From Candidatus Eiseniibacteriota bacterium (GTDB lineage Bacteria > Eisenbacteria > RBG-16-71-46), in assembly GCA_031364845.1 (NCBI GenBank), contig JANLWX010000130.1, forward strand, positions 1 to 50,456: DNA of 50,456 nucleotides. Direction: 5' to 3'. This document shows, one piece after another, positions 8,284 through 18,120 of this stretch. The notes beneath the pieces were generated by a model that saw only the letters and a program-made list of their open reading frames with translations, made no database searches and was not told the origin of the DNA. The first letter of the stretch is position 1, and every line of letters begins with the position of its first letter. Made by a program: the position numbers and the translations under genes.

Positions 8284-9987
8284 GTGAAACGCTCGCTCTC
8301 TTTCTCGTTCTGTGCGCTGTGTCTCGTGCTCACGCTTCCGGTGGCGGCACCTGCGGCACCTGCGGCACCTGCAGCACCCGCGGCACCCGCGGATTCCACG
8401 GGTTCCTACGCGAGCGAGGAAGCGATCCGCCGCTACACCGCGGGACTTCTGCTCGAGGAGGCGGGGGAGCACGCCGAGGCGCTGCGGGAGTATTACCGGG
8501 CACTCGCGCTCGAGCCGCGCTCCGCGGGTATCGCGTCCCGGGTCAGCGAGCTCACCGCGCGCATCGGTGATGCCGCGCGCTCGCTCGAGTTTGCCGAGCG
8601 CGGACTCGAGCAGATCCCCGGTGATCCGCATCTGCTGTGGCTCAAGGGCGCCGCGCAATTCAACCTCGGCCGCGCGCCCGATGCCCTCGTGACGCTGCTG
8701 GCCGCGGTCGCCGGCGACTCCACCCAGACCGAGTACGCCCGCACGCTGGCGCGAGTGGCCGAACAGCTCGGTCGCACCGACATCGTGGCCGAAGCGTGGC
8801 GCAAGACGACGTTCCAGGACTTCGAAGACGGCGAGGCGTGGTTCCAGCTCGCGAGTTCCGAGGCGCGTCTCGGAAACTTCGAGGCGGCGGATCGCGCGCT
8901 GGCGCAGGCGATCGACATCGCCCCGCAGCGTCCCGGAATTTCGTTCATGCAGGGCTGGATCCGCGAGGGCCAGGGTCGCACGAAGGAGGCGATCGAGCTC
9001 TACCGCAGCCATCTCGAGCTTCACACCACCGATCCTGCGACGCGCCGCCGGCTTGTGCAGTTGCTCGCGCGCGAGAAGCGCTGGGACGAAGCGTATCGCG
9101 AAGCGGTGCGCGTGAATCAGGAGCAGCCCGACGACTTCGTAGCGCTCGAGGTATTGACCGACCTCGCGTATCGATCCAAGCGGACGTCCGAAGCGAAACG
9201 CCTGACCGCGCGCTTGCGTGAGCGCGCGGGGACCGACGAGGACCGCCTGCTGCGGGTGATCGGCATGCTGGCGCGCAACGGCAAAGGCGCCGAGGGCGTG
9301 ACGATCGCCGACGAATGGGCGCGTTCGGCGCCGGCCCCGCTCGGCGACCAACTCGCCGCCCAGGCGCGTGCGCTCACCGGCGATGACCGCGGGGCGATCG
9401 TGCGGGCGCGCAAGGCGGTGGATTCCGCCCCGGATTCGCTGGGCCCGCGGCTGTTGCTCGCGCGCTTCTATCAGGGAAACCGGGAGTACGCGCTGGCCGA
9501 GTCGTTGTGGTCCTCGATCCTCGCACGCGGGGGCGACACGCTGGTCGTCCTGCTCGAAATCGGGGCCGTCCGCGAGCTGAATGGCAACATCGAGGGCGCC
9601 GAGTGGGCGGTGCGCGACGCGCTCCGGGCCGAGCCCGACAGCCCGCGCGGGCTCAACTTCCTCGGATACCTGCTCGCCGACCATCGCCGGAACCTCGACG
9701 AGGCGCTCGCGCTGATCCGCCGCGCACTCACGGCCGATCCCGACAATGGGGCCTACGTCGATTCGCTGGGCTGGGTGTTCTACCGGCTCGGGCGCCTGGA
9801 AGAAGCGCGCGTGGAACTTGAACGCGCCGTTAGGCTTACCGGCGGAGATCCGGTCGTCCACGAGCATCTGGGGGACGTGTACCGCGACCTCAAACTGCTC
9901 GATCTGGCCCGCCGCCAGTACCAGTTGAGTCTGTCGCTGAACGCGGCCAACCCACAGGTCAAAGCCAAGCTGGCCGGAATCCGCTGA
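8284..9987 (+). CDS. Exported tetratricopeptide-repeat protein
   Basis: Signal-peptide-like MKRSLSFSFCALCLVLTLPVAA, many TPR helices, and C-terminal LNFLGYLLAD...DPDNGAYVDSLGWVFYRLG...EHLGDVY, typical of envelope TPR proteins. Start placed at GTG 8284. Confidence 0.88.
   Translation: MKRSLSFSFCALCLVLTLPVAAPAAPAAPAAPAAPADSTGSYASEEAIRRYTAGLLLEEAGEHAEALREYYRALALEPRSAGIASRVSELTARIGDAARSLEFAERGLEQIPGDPHLLWLKGAAQFNLGRAPDALVTLLAAVAGDSTQTEYARTLARVAEQLGRTDIVAEAWRKTTFQDFEDGEAWFQLASSEARLGNFEAADRALAQAIDIAPQRPGISFMQGWIREGQGRTKEAIELYRSHLELHTTDPATRRRLVQLLAREKRWDEAYREAVRVNQEQPDDFVALEVLTDLAYRSKRTSEAKRLTARLRERAGTDEDRLLRVIGMLARNGKGAEGVTIADEWARSAPAPLGDQLAAQARALTGDDRGAIVRARKAVDSAPDSLGPRLLLARFYQGNREYALAESLWSSILARGGDTLVVLLEIGAVRELNGNIEGAEWAVRDALRAEPDSPRGLNFLGYLLADHRRNLDEALALIRRALTADPDNGAYVDSLGWVFYRLGRLEEARVELERAVRLTGGDPVVHEHLGDVYRDLKLLDLARRQYQLSLSLNAANPQVKAKLAGIR
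8344..8388 (+). repeat. 5x 9-bp tandem repeat encoding (AAP)5 after the signal peptide
   Basis: gcggcacct x3, gcagcaccc, gcggcaccc. Confidence 0.85.
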
Positions 9988-9994
9988 CCTGCCG

Positions 9995-10023
9995 GGAACC
10001 GGTTTCGTCAGCGCGGTGTAAAT
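9995..10023 (+). promoter_or_regulatory. Putative ECF-type autoregulatory promoter
   Basis: GGAACC(9995-10000)-N16-TGTAAAT(10017-10023) directly upstream of the ECF gene; fits the general ECF AAC-N16/17-(C/T)GT pattern. Confidence 0.6.
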
Positions 10024-10030
10024 GCGAGGA

Positions 10031-10666
10031 GTGAGTCTGCCCGTGCCGTCCGACCGAGATCCGGTTCCGCCACCGATACTCAGCCTTTCCGACGAGGACC
10101 TCATGGCCCGCGTCGCCGAGGATGAGGAGCGCGCGTTCGCCGAGTTGGTCCGCCGGTATCAGGGACGGATCACGAATCTGGTGAGCCGGGTTCTGAACGA
10201 CCGCGAGTGCGCGGACGATCTGGCACAGGAGGTGTTCGTCCGGGTCTACGTCCACCGGCGGAACTACCGGCGCGGATCCAAGCTCTCGACGTGGCTGTTC
10301 ACGATCGCCGTGAATCTGGCGAAGAACGAAATTCGCCGGCGGGTTCGGCGCCGCAACTGGTTCAGTCTGGATGCGCTTCAAGAGGTGCTGCAGGACAGCG
10401 CGATGGTGTTTGCCGACACACGCGAAGGCACCGAACGATCGATGGAGCGCGAGCAACTCAAGGAAGAAATCGGGCGCGCGATCGCAACGGTGCCCGAAAA
10501 GTACCGCGTGGCGCTGGTGCTGCGCGACATCGAAGGCATGGCGTACGAAGAGATCGCCGTGGTGCTGAGTGTTCCCGGGGGAACCGTCCGGTCACGCATC
10601 AACCGGGCGCGCAACATGCTCAAGCGCAAACTGCAGCCGATGCTGCGCAGGGATGGGACCGAATGA
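10031..10666 (+). CDS. ECF-family RNA polymerase sigma factor (RpoE/SigW-like)
   Basis: AFAELVRRYQ, ADDLAQEVF, STWLFTIAVN (region 2), LVLRDIEGMAYEEIA...GTVRSRINRAR (region 4). The ORF-track ATG at 10022 overlaps the predicted -10, so GTG 10031 or 10043 is more likely. Confidence 0.93.
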   Translation: MSLPVPSDRDPVPPPILSLSDEDLMARVAEDEERAFAELVRRYQGRITNLVSRVLNDRECADDLAQEVFVRVYVHRRNYRRGSKLSTWLFTIAVNLAKNEIRRRVRRRNWFSLDALQEVLQDSAMVFADTREGTERSMEREQLKEEIGRAIATVPEKYRVALVLRDIEGMAYEEIAVVLSVPGGTVRSRINRARNMLKRKLQPMLRRDGTE

Positions 10667-11250
10667 AGTGTCATGAAGCACGCCGGCTCTTCGGAGCCTT
10701 CTGGGACGACGAGACGACCCTGGCGGAACGCGAGCGGCTGGACGCCCACTTCTCGTCGTGCACCGAATGCCGGACGCAGTACGAGGATTTCGCCCGCACC
10801 GTTGAGGCGGTGAGCGCGTTGCCGCGCCACGAAGCCTCACCGGATCTGCTCGAGCGGACGCTTTTGCGCACGCGCCGCGCGGCTCCGGCCCACGATGCCC
10901 TGCCCCAGCGCCGGCCGATGTGGGTTCCGGCGACCGCGGCCGCGGCCGCACTGGCGGTGGCCGCCACGCTCGTCGTTCAGTGGATGGGCATGACGCGTCC
11001 CGCGCCCGATGCCGATCGCATGGCGTCGGCCGAGCCGACCACGACCCAGTCCGTTCCGGCCGAAGCCCCTGTGCTCGCTCCGGTGCCGGCGGGTGACGCG
11101 GCCATTGCCGGAGTTGCCGACAGCGTGTTCGATCACAGTGACGACATCGAGTTCGTACTCGATCCCGTGATGCTCAAGCGCGGCCGTGCCGCAGTGACGC
11201 GTCCGGGTCCCGGCGAGATCCGCACCGAGCAGGCCGTGGTGAGCTTCTGA
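10663..11250 (+). CDS. Zinc-finger (zf-HC2) transmembrane anti-sigma factor
   Basis: MKC...HFSSCTEC (HxxxCxxC), a TM segment WVPATAAAAALAVAATLVVQWM, and an ATGA overlap with the sigma factor. Confidence 0.9.
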   Translation: MKCHEARRLFGAFWDDETTLAERERLDAHFSSCTECRTQYEDFARTVEAVSALPRHEASPDLLERTLLRTRRAAPAHDALPQRRPMWVPATAAAAALAVAATLVVQWMGMTRPAPDADRMASAEPTTTQSVPAEAPVLAPVPAGDAAIAGVADSVFDHSDDIEFVLDPVMLKRGRAAVTRPGPGEIRTEQAVVSF

Positions 11251-11258
11251 GCCTTCGC

Positions 11259-12422
11259 ATGAACTTCCGCCTGACACTGGCTTCGCGGCTCTTCGCACTC
11301 CTGCTCATGGGATCGACGTTCGCTCCGCGTTCGATCGGCGCTCAGGGGACGCTGTCCGCACTCGAGACCGACGTCGACCGCATCGCGCGGGTCGCCGCCC
11401 CCTCGGTCGTGACCGTGGTGGCGCAGCGCATCATGATGCGCGATCGTGGCCGTTCCGGAACCTCGAAGCGGCTGCACACCCGCGTCGGATCGGGAGTGGC
11501 GGTCGGCGACGAATCGATCATCACCACCGCGAGCGTGGTGCTCGGCGCCGAACGGGTGATGATCCGCACCCAGAGCGGCGTACAGGTCGAGGGTCACGTC
11601 CGCGGGATCGATCTGGTCTACAACATCGCCGTGGTCCAGGCCGACGGTCTGCGGCTTCCGCCGATCCGGTTGGCGGAGACGCTCGCGCAGCCCGGCGACT
11701 GGGTGATCGCGCTCGGAACGTCGTACCGCGGGCAGCCGACACAGTCGGTCGGCAACGTGGCGACGATCTATCCCGATCCGCGCCAGCCGCTGCTCCAGCT
11801 CACGAACGTCGTCTATCCCGGCAACAGCGGCGGTGCCGCGCTCAATACGCGCGGCGAGCTGGTCGGCCTCGTGCAGGGAGAACTCGGCTCGCCCGATCCC
11901 GGCGTGCGCGGGCCGGATTCGAACCGCAGGCCCGGCGGCATGAGCTTCGTGCTGCCTTCGGTCACGCTCCAGCCCGCGCTCGAATCACTGCAGCGCGACG
12001 GGCGGGTTCCGCACGGCTTTCTCGGCGTGAGCACGCGCAGCGCGAGCATCGAGAGCGAATCCGAGCCCGGTGTGCGGGTTCCGATCGGAGCGCTGGTCGA
12101 GGACATCCAGGCGAACGGTCCTGCCATGCGCGCGGGGCTGCGCCGCGGCGACCTGATCGTGGGATTCGACCGCGAGCGGGTCGAGTACGCGGATCATCTC
12201 GCGCGCTGGGTGTCGTCGACGCGTCCCGGCGTCTCGATCGATCTGGTGTGGGTACGCGACGAGGTGCAGCAGCGCAGCCGGATCGTACTTGGTGAGTCGA
12301 CCGTGGCGTCGCCGCAATGGGCCGATGCGGGTTCGGATTCGCCGGCGCGCGCGGCGGAGATCGAGCGACAGATACAGAAGCTCAATCTCGAGCTGGACAA
12401 GCTCAAGCCCGCAGGACGCTGA
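11259..12422 (+). CDS. HtrA/DegS-like trypsin-fold + PDZ protein, probably catalytically inactive
   Basis: Signal peptide, GSGV, WVIALG, PGNSGG, PDZ (GFLGV...GPAMRAGLRRGDLIV) and a C-terminal coiled coil. The His and Asp positions read TTASVV and YNIAVV. Confidence 0.88.
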   Translation: MNFRLTLASRLFALLLMGSTFAPRSIGAQGTLSALETDVDRIARVAAPSVVTVVAQRIMMRDRGRSGTSKRLHTRVGSGVAVGDESIITTASVVLGAERVMIRTQSGVQVEGHVRGIDLVYNIAVVQADGLRLPPIRLAETLAQPGDWVIALGTSYRGQPTQSVGNVATIYPDPRQPLLQLTNVVYPGNSGGAALNTRGELVGLVQGELGSPDPGVRGPDSNRRPGGMSFVLPSVTLQPALESLQRDGRVPHGFLGVSTRSASIESESEPGVRVPIGALVEDIQANGPAMRAGLRRGDLIVGFDRERVEYADHLARWVSSTRPGVSIDLVWVRDEVQQRSRIVLGESTVASPQWADAGSDSPARAAEIERQIQKLNLELDKLKPAGR

Positions 12423-12540
12423 AGAACCCGATTGCTGCGTTGCTCGCACCCGCTAAAGCGGGCACCCGTCGTCGCTGCGAAATGTCCTGCGGACACGTCT
12501 CGCTCCTCGCGCCTTGCACTCGGGTCCTTCAGCGTCCTGC
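12411..12540. repeat. Palindromic MITE/REP-like element, copy 1
   Basis: 21-bp terminal inverted repeats GCAGGACGCTGAAGAACCCGA / TCGGGTCCTTCAGCGTCCTGC (1 mismatch); internal hairpins CCCGC-TAAA-GCGGG and TGTCC-TGC-GGACA; homologous to 17996-18120. Confidence 0.88.
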
Positions 12541-12587
12541 GGCCGTGCCCGCCCCGACGGCTGGCTTTCTTGCTCGGCGGCTGACGC

Positions 12588-12593
12588 TATACT
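12588..12593 (+). promoter_or_regulatory. -10 element for a probably leaderless aroB transcript
   Basis: TATACT 6 nt upstream of the GTG start; no SD sequence. Confidence 0.55.
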
Positions 12594-12599
12594 GCCGGC

Positions 12600-13706
12600 G
12601 TGTCTTCCGACCTCCTTCTCAAGTATCCGCCACGACGTTTGAGCAGCGCGGTGCGTATCCGCCGCGGGTCGCTTGCGTCGCTCGGTGTCTGGGTTCGTTC
12701 TCTAGCCGGAATTCGGCGCGTCGCGCTGGTGACCGACGCCCGTGTCGATCAACTGCACGGAGATGCCGCACGCAAGGCTCTCGCGCGGGCGGGCATCTCC
12801 TGCGACACGTTGATCGTTCCGCGCGGGGAGCGGGCCAAGCGTCCGCGCGAGGTCGCCCGATTGTGGGACGCCTTCGCATCGATGGGGCTCGAGCGCGGGG
12901 ATGGGGTGGTGGCGCTCGGCGGGGGTGTGGTCGGGGACCTCGCGGGATTCGCGGCGGCGACCTGGATGCGCGGGATCACTTGGATCGCGGTGCCGAGCAC
13001 GGTGGTCGCGCAAGTGGACAGCAGTGTCGGGGGGAAGACCGGCGTCGACCTCGTCGCGGGGAAAAATCTCGCGGGGGCGTTCCATCATCCGGCGGGCGTG
13101 CTGGTGGATCCCGATCTTCTCCAGACGCTCACGCCGCGCGAGTACCGCGCGGGGATGGCGGAGGTGGTGAAGACCGGATTCGCCGTCGACGCGGCGCTGT
13201 TTCGCGCGATCGAGCGTGACGGCGAAGCGCTGATCGCCCGCGATCCCGCGGCACTCGAGCGCGCGGTGCGCGGCTCGATCCGCGCCAAGGCGGGCATCGT
13301 CCGCCGCGATGAGCGCGAGCGTGAAGGCGGCGTGCGGACCGCGCTCAACTTCGGCCACACCCTGGGACACGCGATCGAGTCGGCGCTCGGATACAGCGGG
13401 CCGCGCCACGGCGAAGCGGTCGCGATCGGCATGCGCGTTGCGGCCCGGCTGTCGCAGAAACACGCGGGCCTCGACGACGCCGCGCGCGCCCGGCTCGAAG
13501 CGCTGCTCGATTCGTGGCGTCTTCCTGCGAGAATTCCGGGCGTGCCGGTCGCGGACCTGTTCGCGGCGATGGCGCACGACAAGAAGCGGCGCGATGCGCG
13601 CGTGCGCTGGGTTTTGACGCCCCGGTTGGGCCATGCTAGCGTGCCGCGCCTGATTCCGGCGGGCGCCGTGCGTGCCGCGCTGATCGAAGCGGGAGCACGA
13701 CAGTGA
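12600..13706 (+). CDS. aroB: 3-dehydroquinate synthase
   Basis: GERAK, ALGGGVVGDLAGF, QVDSSVGGKTGV, KNLAGAFH, LNFGHTLGHAIE, HGEAVAIG. Confidence 0.97.
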   Translation: MSSDLLLKYPPRRLSSAVRIRRGSLASLGVWVRSLAGIRRVALVTDARVDQLHGDAARKALARAGISCDTLIVPRGERAKRPREVARLWDAFASMGLERGDGVVALGGGVVGDLAGFAAATWMRGITWIAVPSTVVAQVDSSVGGKTGVDLVAGKNLAGAFHHPAGVLVDPDLLQTLTPREYRAGMAEVVKTGFAVDAALFRAIERDGEALIARDPAALERAVRGSIRAKAGIVRRDEREREGGVRTALNFGHTLGHAIESALGYSGPRHGEAVAIGMRVAARLSQKHAGLDDAARARLEALLDSWRLPARIPGVPVADLFAAMAHDKKRRDARVRWVLTPRLGHASVPRLIPAGAVRAALIEAGARQ

Positions 13707-13718
13707 GGTGCGGAATCG

Positions 13719-14168
13719 ATGCTTCACGTGATGGTCTTGCACGGTCCGAACCTGAACGCGCTGGGCGCCCGTGAGCCCGATGTCTATGGCAGCATCACCC
13801 TCGCGGAGCTGGAACTCTGGCTCCACGAACTCGCGAAGGAGCTCGGCTGTGCGCTCGAAACGCTGCAGACGGCCCATGAAGGCGTGCTCATCGACGCGCT
13901 TCACGGCGCAGTCGGCAGGATGGATGGCGTCCTGCTGAACCCGGGCGGTTTCACCCACACCAGCGTCGCGCTCCGCGACGCCGTACTCGCGACCCGGTTA
14001 CCCGTGGTCGAGGTGCATCTCACCAATCCCCATCGCCGCGAGTCGTTCCGGCACCACTCGTTCATTTCCGACGTGGCCATCGGGGTCATCCAGGGCTTCG
14101 GCCCCGACAGCTATTCACTCGGGCTGCGGGCGCTAGCGGGGCACATCCGACGTGGCAGCCAGGCGTAA
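13719..14168 (+). CDS. aroQ: Type II 3-dehydroquinate dehydratase
   Basis: [47 protein letters not shown]. Confidence 0.97.
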   Translation: MLHVMVLHGPNLNALGAREPDVYGSITLAELELWLHELAKELGCALETLQTAHEGVLIDALHGAVGRMDGVLLNPGGFTHTSVALRDAVLATRLPVVEVHLTNPHRRESFRHHSFISDVAIGVIQGFGPDSYSLGLRALAGHIRRGSQA

Positions 14169-14700
14169 GAGCGGCAAGCAGGCGAAGGCGCGCAAGGGGG
14201 TGAAGCCACCTCCGGTCGCCGCCGATAACTCGCGAAGTGCGCTGATGGGTTCCCTGGAGGTCGCCGAAATCCGGCGGCTCATCCGGCTCGTGCAGCGTAC
14301 GGGCATTGGCGAGCTCGAATTGAGTTCCGGCGACCGTTCGGTCCGGATCTCCGCATTCGGCGCGGCCGTGACGCACGGATATTCGGCTCCTCCGCCGCCG
14401 TCCGTGAACACGGAGCGTCCCGCGGCGGCCCCGGCCCACGCGGCTCCGGAGCCGAGCACGACCGTCGCGATCACGTCTCCGATGGTGGGGACGTTCTATT
14501 CGGCGCCTGCACCCGATGCCGACCACTATGTCGAGGTCGGCAGTACGGTGGAGGTCGGGCAGACCGTCTGCATCATCGAAGCGATGAAGCTGATGAACGA
14601 GATCGAGTCGGAAGTGAAGGGCAAGATCGTCAAGGTCCTCGTGGAGAATGCGCAACCCGTCGAGTACGGCCAGCAGTTGTTCCTGGTCGAGCCGGTGTGA
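14152..14700 (+). CDS. accB: Acetyl-CoA carboxylase biotin carboxyl carrier protein
   Basis: [22 protein letters not shown] (biotinylated Lys), PVEYGQ. The start may instead be ATG 14245. Confidence 0.95.
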   Translation: MAARRKSGKQAKARKGVKPPPVAADNSRSALMGSLEVAEIRRLIRLVQRTGIGELELSSGDRSVRISAFGAAVTHGYSAPPPPSVNTERPAAAPAHAAPEPSTTVAITSPMVGTFYSAPAPDADHYVEVGSTVEVGQTVCIIEAMKLMNEIESEVKGKIVKVLVENAQPVEYGQQLFLVEPV

Positions 14701-14738
14701 TTGCCATCGGGAGCGAATCCCCAAGGGGAGCTGCGGCC

Positions 14739-15929
14739 ATGAACATCCGGAAAGTACTCGACAAGATGATCGCGTCGCGCGCGAGCGACCTTCACCTCAA
14801 GGCCGGCACCTCTCCGATCGTGCGCGTCGACGGTGTGCTGTACACGCTCGATGAGCCGGCGCCCACCGCGCAGCAGTTGCGCGACGTGTGCAATCAGCTG
14901 CTCAACGACGAACAGCGCCTCTACTTCTCGACCCACAACGAGATCGACTTCGCGTTCGGCGTCTCGGGTCTCGCGCGGTTCCGCGCGAACATCTTCATGC
15001 AGCGCAGCACGCCCGCGCTGGCGCTGCGGCACGTTCCGGTCGAGGTGCCGAGCATCGAGGAGCTGGTGCTGCCGGGTGTGGTGCGCGAGCTGGCGTTCTC
15101 GCCGCGCGGACTCATCCTCGTCACCGGCCGCACCGGCTCGGGCAAGTCGACCACGCTCGCCTCGATGATCGACGCGATCAACAGCACGACCACGCGCAAC
15201 ATCCTCACGATCGAGGATCCGATCGAGTTCCTGCACCGCGACAATCTGTCGTTCAGCCATCAGCGCGAGCTGGGACTCGACACGCGGTCGTTCCACGACG
15301 GCTTGAAGTACGTGCTGCGCCAGGATCCGGACATCATCCTGGTCGGCGAAGTCCGTGACCTCGAGACCATGCGCACCGCGCTGATGGCCGCCGACACCGG
15401 ACATCTGGTGCTCTCGACGCTCCACACCACCGACGTGGTGCAGACCATCCAGCGCATCGTGTCGTTCTAACCGCCGCACCAGCACGACGAAGTCCGCCTG
15501 TCGATGGCGTCCAATCTGCGCGCTGTCGTGTGCCAGCGACTGGTGCCGCGCGTCGACGGCCAGGGCCGCGTGCCCGCGGTCGAGGCGATGATCAACACGC
15601 CGACGATCAAGGACTACATCCTCAATCAGGACAAGACGCCGATGATCCAGCAGGCGATGGCGGAGGGCTTCTCGCAGTACCGCATGCAGACCTTCGACCA
15701 GTCGGTGCTCGGACTGCTGCGCGACGGCCTGATCTCCGAGGAAGAGGCGCTCAAGAACTGCAACAACCCGAACGAGCTCAGCCTCAAGCTCAAGGGCATC
15801 ATCGCCACTTCGGACCGCACGTGGCAGCCGGTGGATTCGACCGGCGCCGGCGATTCGGGAGTCAGCGGACTGGAGTCGACGGCGATGCCGCGCTCCGCAT
15901 CGGGCGGCTCCGGCCGCTCCGGCCGTTAG
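14739..15929 (+). pseudogene. pilT: PilT/PilU-family retraction ATPase interrupted by an in-frame TAA at 15468-15470
   Basis: ASDLHL, RFRAN, GRTGSGKST (Walker A), TIEDPIE, LRQDPDIILVGEVRD, TGHLVLSTLHT. ORFs 14697-15470 and 15504-15929 share a frame and join as RIVSF*PPHQHDEVRL...QRLVP...GRVPAVE...MQTFDQ. Confidence 0.85.
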
Positions 15930-15935
15930 CGGGCG

Positions 15936-17300
<1,365 letters not shown>

Positions 17301-17305
17301 CCGGG

Positions 17306-17998
17306 GTGCCGTTGCCGAGTGTGCGTGTCTTGCTGACGCCGGCTGCCGAACCGGTGCCGGACCACGCCACCGCCGTGATCGTCGATGTGCTGCGTGCCAC
17401 CAGCACGCTCACCCACGCGCTTGCGAACGGCGCGACTCAGGTGATTCCGGTCGCCACCATCGAGGCCGCGCACGCAGCGCGCCGCGAACATCCGACCGCC
17501 CTGCTGTGCGGGGAGCGTGACGGGCGGATCATTGCGGGGTTCGATCTCGGCAACTCGCCGGCCGAATATGGGCGCGACGTCGTCGCGGGACGCCCGCTGA
17601 TTTTCGCCTCGACCAACGGATCGATCGGCATGCTGAACGCCGCGCGCGCAAAACACCGCGTGCTCGGCGCGTTCGTGAACGCGTCCGCCGTGCTGCGCCG
17701 CGTCGCGGGGGAACGTCACGTGGTGATCGTGTGCTCCGGCAAGCTCGGGCGCTTCAGCCTCGAGGACACCGCGTTCGCAGGCTGGCTGTGCCGCGCACTG
17801 GCCGAGCGGGGAGCCACGATCGAAGGCCCCGCCGCGCGCTTCGCGATGCGCACCGCACCCGCGGATGCAGCCGGGGTGCGCCACGTCGTGGAAGGCGCTT
17901 CCCACGGCCGCTACCTCATCGCCCTCGGAGGCGAGTTCCGCCGCGACGTCGCTCGCTGCACAGAGATCGATACTTTGGATCAGGCCTTCGACTTGTAG
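17306..17998 (+). CDS. comB: 2-phosphosulfolactate phosphatase (ComB family)
   Basis: VIVDVLRATST, LCGERDG...GFDLGNSP, STNGS, FSLED. Start is GTG 17306 or 17321. Confidence 0.88.
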   Translation: MPLPSVRVLLTPAAEPVPDHATAVIVDVLRATSTLTHALANGATQVIPVATIEAAHAARREHPTALLCGERDGRIIAGFDLGNSPAEYGRDVVAGRPLIFASTNGSIGMLNAARAKHRVLGAFVNASAVLRRVAGERHVVIVCSGKLGRFSLEDTAFAGWLCRALAERGATIEGPAARFAMRTAPADAAGVRHVVEGASHGRYLIALGGEFRRDVARCTEIDTLDQAFDL

Positions 17999-18120
17999 CA
18001 GGCTGCTGGGAAGCCCGAGTGCAAGGCGCGAGGAAGCGATGAGCGAGACGTGTCCGCAGGACACTTCGCAGCGAAGAGCGCCCGAGCAACGCAGCAATCG
18101 GGTTTCCCAGCGGCCTGCTA
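17996..18120. repeat. Palindromic MITE/REP-like element, copy 2 (inverted relative to copy 1)
   Basis: TAGCAGGCTGCTGGGAAGCCCGA ... TCGGGTTTCCCAGCGGCCTGCTA, with TA at both ends overlapping the comB and lptG stop codons; central GTGTCCGCAGGACAC hairpin. Confidence 0.88.

Noticed and set aside
7909..8388. Short tandem repeats as a CRISPR array or phase-variation tract
   Set aside because: They are in-frame 9- and 18-bp coding repeats without spacers, no cas genes are present, and unit changes would not shift the frame.
15468..15470. Genome-wide TAA reassignment or programmed readthrough
   Set aside because: TAA is the genuine stop of rpmF, fabG, fabF and aroQ, and no other gene in the window is interrupted.
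17306..17998. comB as evidence of coenzyme M biosynthesis
   Set aside because: ComB-family phosphatases are widespread in bacteria, and no comA, comC or comDE is present here.
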